Both the position numbers and the translations under genes were made by a program. DNA of 64,000 nt from Balanoglossus misakiensis. Taxonomy: Eukaryota; Animalia; Hemichordata. Where the stretch lies: assembly GCA_040954595.2 (NCBI GenBank), contig CM082579.2, forward strand, positions 1,050,922 to 1,114,921. Reading direction: 5' to 3'. Under the pieces are notes generated by a model that worked only from the letters and a program-made list of their open reading frames with translations, was not told where the DNA came from and did no database searches. Below, piece by piece: positions 62,541 through 64,000 of the stretch (position 1 is the first letter of the stretch; each line of letters opens with the position of its first letter).

Positions 62541-64000
62541 CCTTTGAACCCAGGTCATGGTGGCAGAGACGTCTGTCACTCATGGAATATTTGGACAACT
62601 TTCTCAATCTTTATGAGTGTACTGTGATTTTGAAGTTTTTAATATGCATGGCATTTTGAGAGTAAGATTTGTATAGATTAAATCTTTTCAGCGGACAGGT
62701 TTGTTATGTTTTCAAAAAAGGGATTCATTTCTAACGTTATGGTACATAGTACACTCCGATATATGTATGGGATATCAGAAATGAGTGTTTCTGTTTCTTG
62801 GTTGTATTTCCGATCCATGTGAATTGAATATTTGAATCTCTGCAGTTCTTGGCAACCGGCACAAGGACAGAATGATATTTTGGGAGTATCAGTACGGTCC
62901 TCCTTGCTCATCACAGGCTCTATGCATTATTCAAATGTTCATTCCTGTATGCTGATGAGTGACAACCGTCTTCTTCTTTTATAAAATTTACAATCTTTCC
63001 TTCACAAACTCTAAATTCTTCTAATGGTGTAATTTCAAAAGATTGATAGTGTTAGATATATTCATGTTTTCTCTATGTTCATTCATCATCTCAGGACGAC
63101 TGATGACATCATTGTTGGCTCATTTCCTCATTCTTAAAGTTGTTGATCATAATCCTTCCAGTACAGGGTAATGCTACAAGCTCACTGCATGCGGGTTTGG
63201 CTGTAAGATGATATCGGAGGTTAGAAGAGATCGGACAGACACCAATCAATCAATCAATCAAATTTTCTTAAGATTATACTATTCAGAATTTTCCAGGATA
63301 AACAGTGTGTATTTTGTTGTAGTTTTGGTGGCATATTTAGATCAACTATTGAATAGTTGACAGTGAATAGTTGATATATGCACCATCAAAACCACAACAT
63401 TCATATCGCACCATACTTTGTGTATTATTTTGTGTATTTTACAGTTGAATTATGACTTCAGTAGTTATCTTTGCTTGTAAAGATGAAAAAAAAGATACAG
63501 TGCCTAATGGCACATGGAAGTGGTTCAGTGAAAAGACATGGAGAAAAAAAAGGAAAATGCAATTATATTGCATTGAAAAGAGAGAGAAAAAAAAGATAAC
63601 TGAACCACAATATTGAATAAAAAATGGCCCAACCCCCAACATATGAAAAGAGAATACCGATAAGCTGTGAGAACAGCTGATACCGATATCGCATCACATG
63701 TAAATGTGATGACACTACGCACATGATACAGCACACAAACTGACAGTATATTATACTGTGATGATAGTGAAGAGTGGCATGATGGGTGATGACAGACGGG
63801 TGGGACTGGGAAGAGCTGACTACCAATAGAAGATGGAGAACAGTTCAGTGAGCCACTCTTGATATCGATGTCTAGTGTATGAAGAACAGTGGGAAGATGA
63901 TTGAAGACCGCACCTGACCAGCTGCCATGAGATGGAGAAACAGAATTGCAAAGAACTTCAGCCAGATGCATCTGGTCAGCTGACCTACCCACCCCCACCC

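Noticed and set aside
63525-63998. 157-aa minus-strand ORF at the window end
   Set aside because: No recognisable motif; probably 3' UTR or intergenic, and truncated by the window edge.

Overview
Intron-rich eukaryotic (animal, AT-rich) genomic DNA. Gene content suggests a marine invertebrate, possibly a non-vertebrate deuterostome (inference). I spliced six protein-coding genes by hand from GT-AG sites and reading-frame phase. (1) The 5' exon of a minus-strand gene, possibly ARHGAP6/RhoGAP102A-like, whose large intron runs off the left end. (2) A 12-exon gene for a predicted N-myristoylated NHR + ARM-repeat + NEURL4-type ADP-ribosyltransferase protein. (3) A 13-exon gene for a secreted relaxin-receptor-like ectodomain (LDLa + LRRs + hinge) with no 7TM. 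(4) A 13-exon intact PAD-fold gene that has lost all four catalytic residues, gained an MGxxxS N-terminus and carries tRNA-Glu(CTC) in an intron. (5) A divergent DYRK1-derived kinase with a huge tail, including a 4.4-kb exon of 138-bp Asp/His-rich higher-order repeats and tandemly duplicated exons. (6) RBM26/27. There is also a 375-bp MITE with ~69-bp TIRs and a 10-bp TSD, plus microsatellites. Genes 2-5 form a block of re-purposed paralogues (effector swap, decoy receptor, pseudoenzyme, repeat-tailed kinase). All family assignments come from remembered motifs, not database searches.
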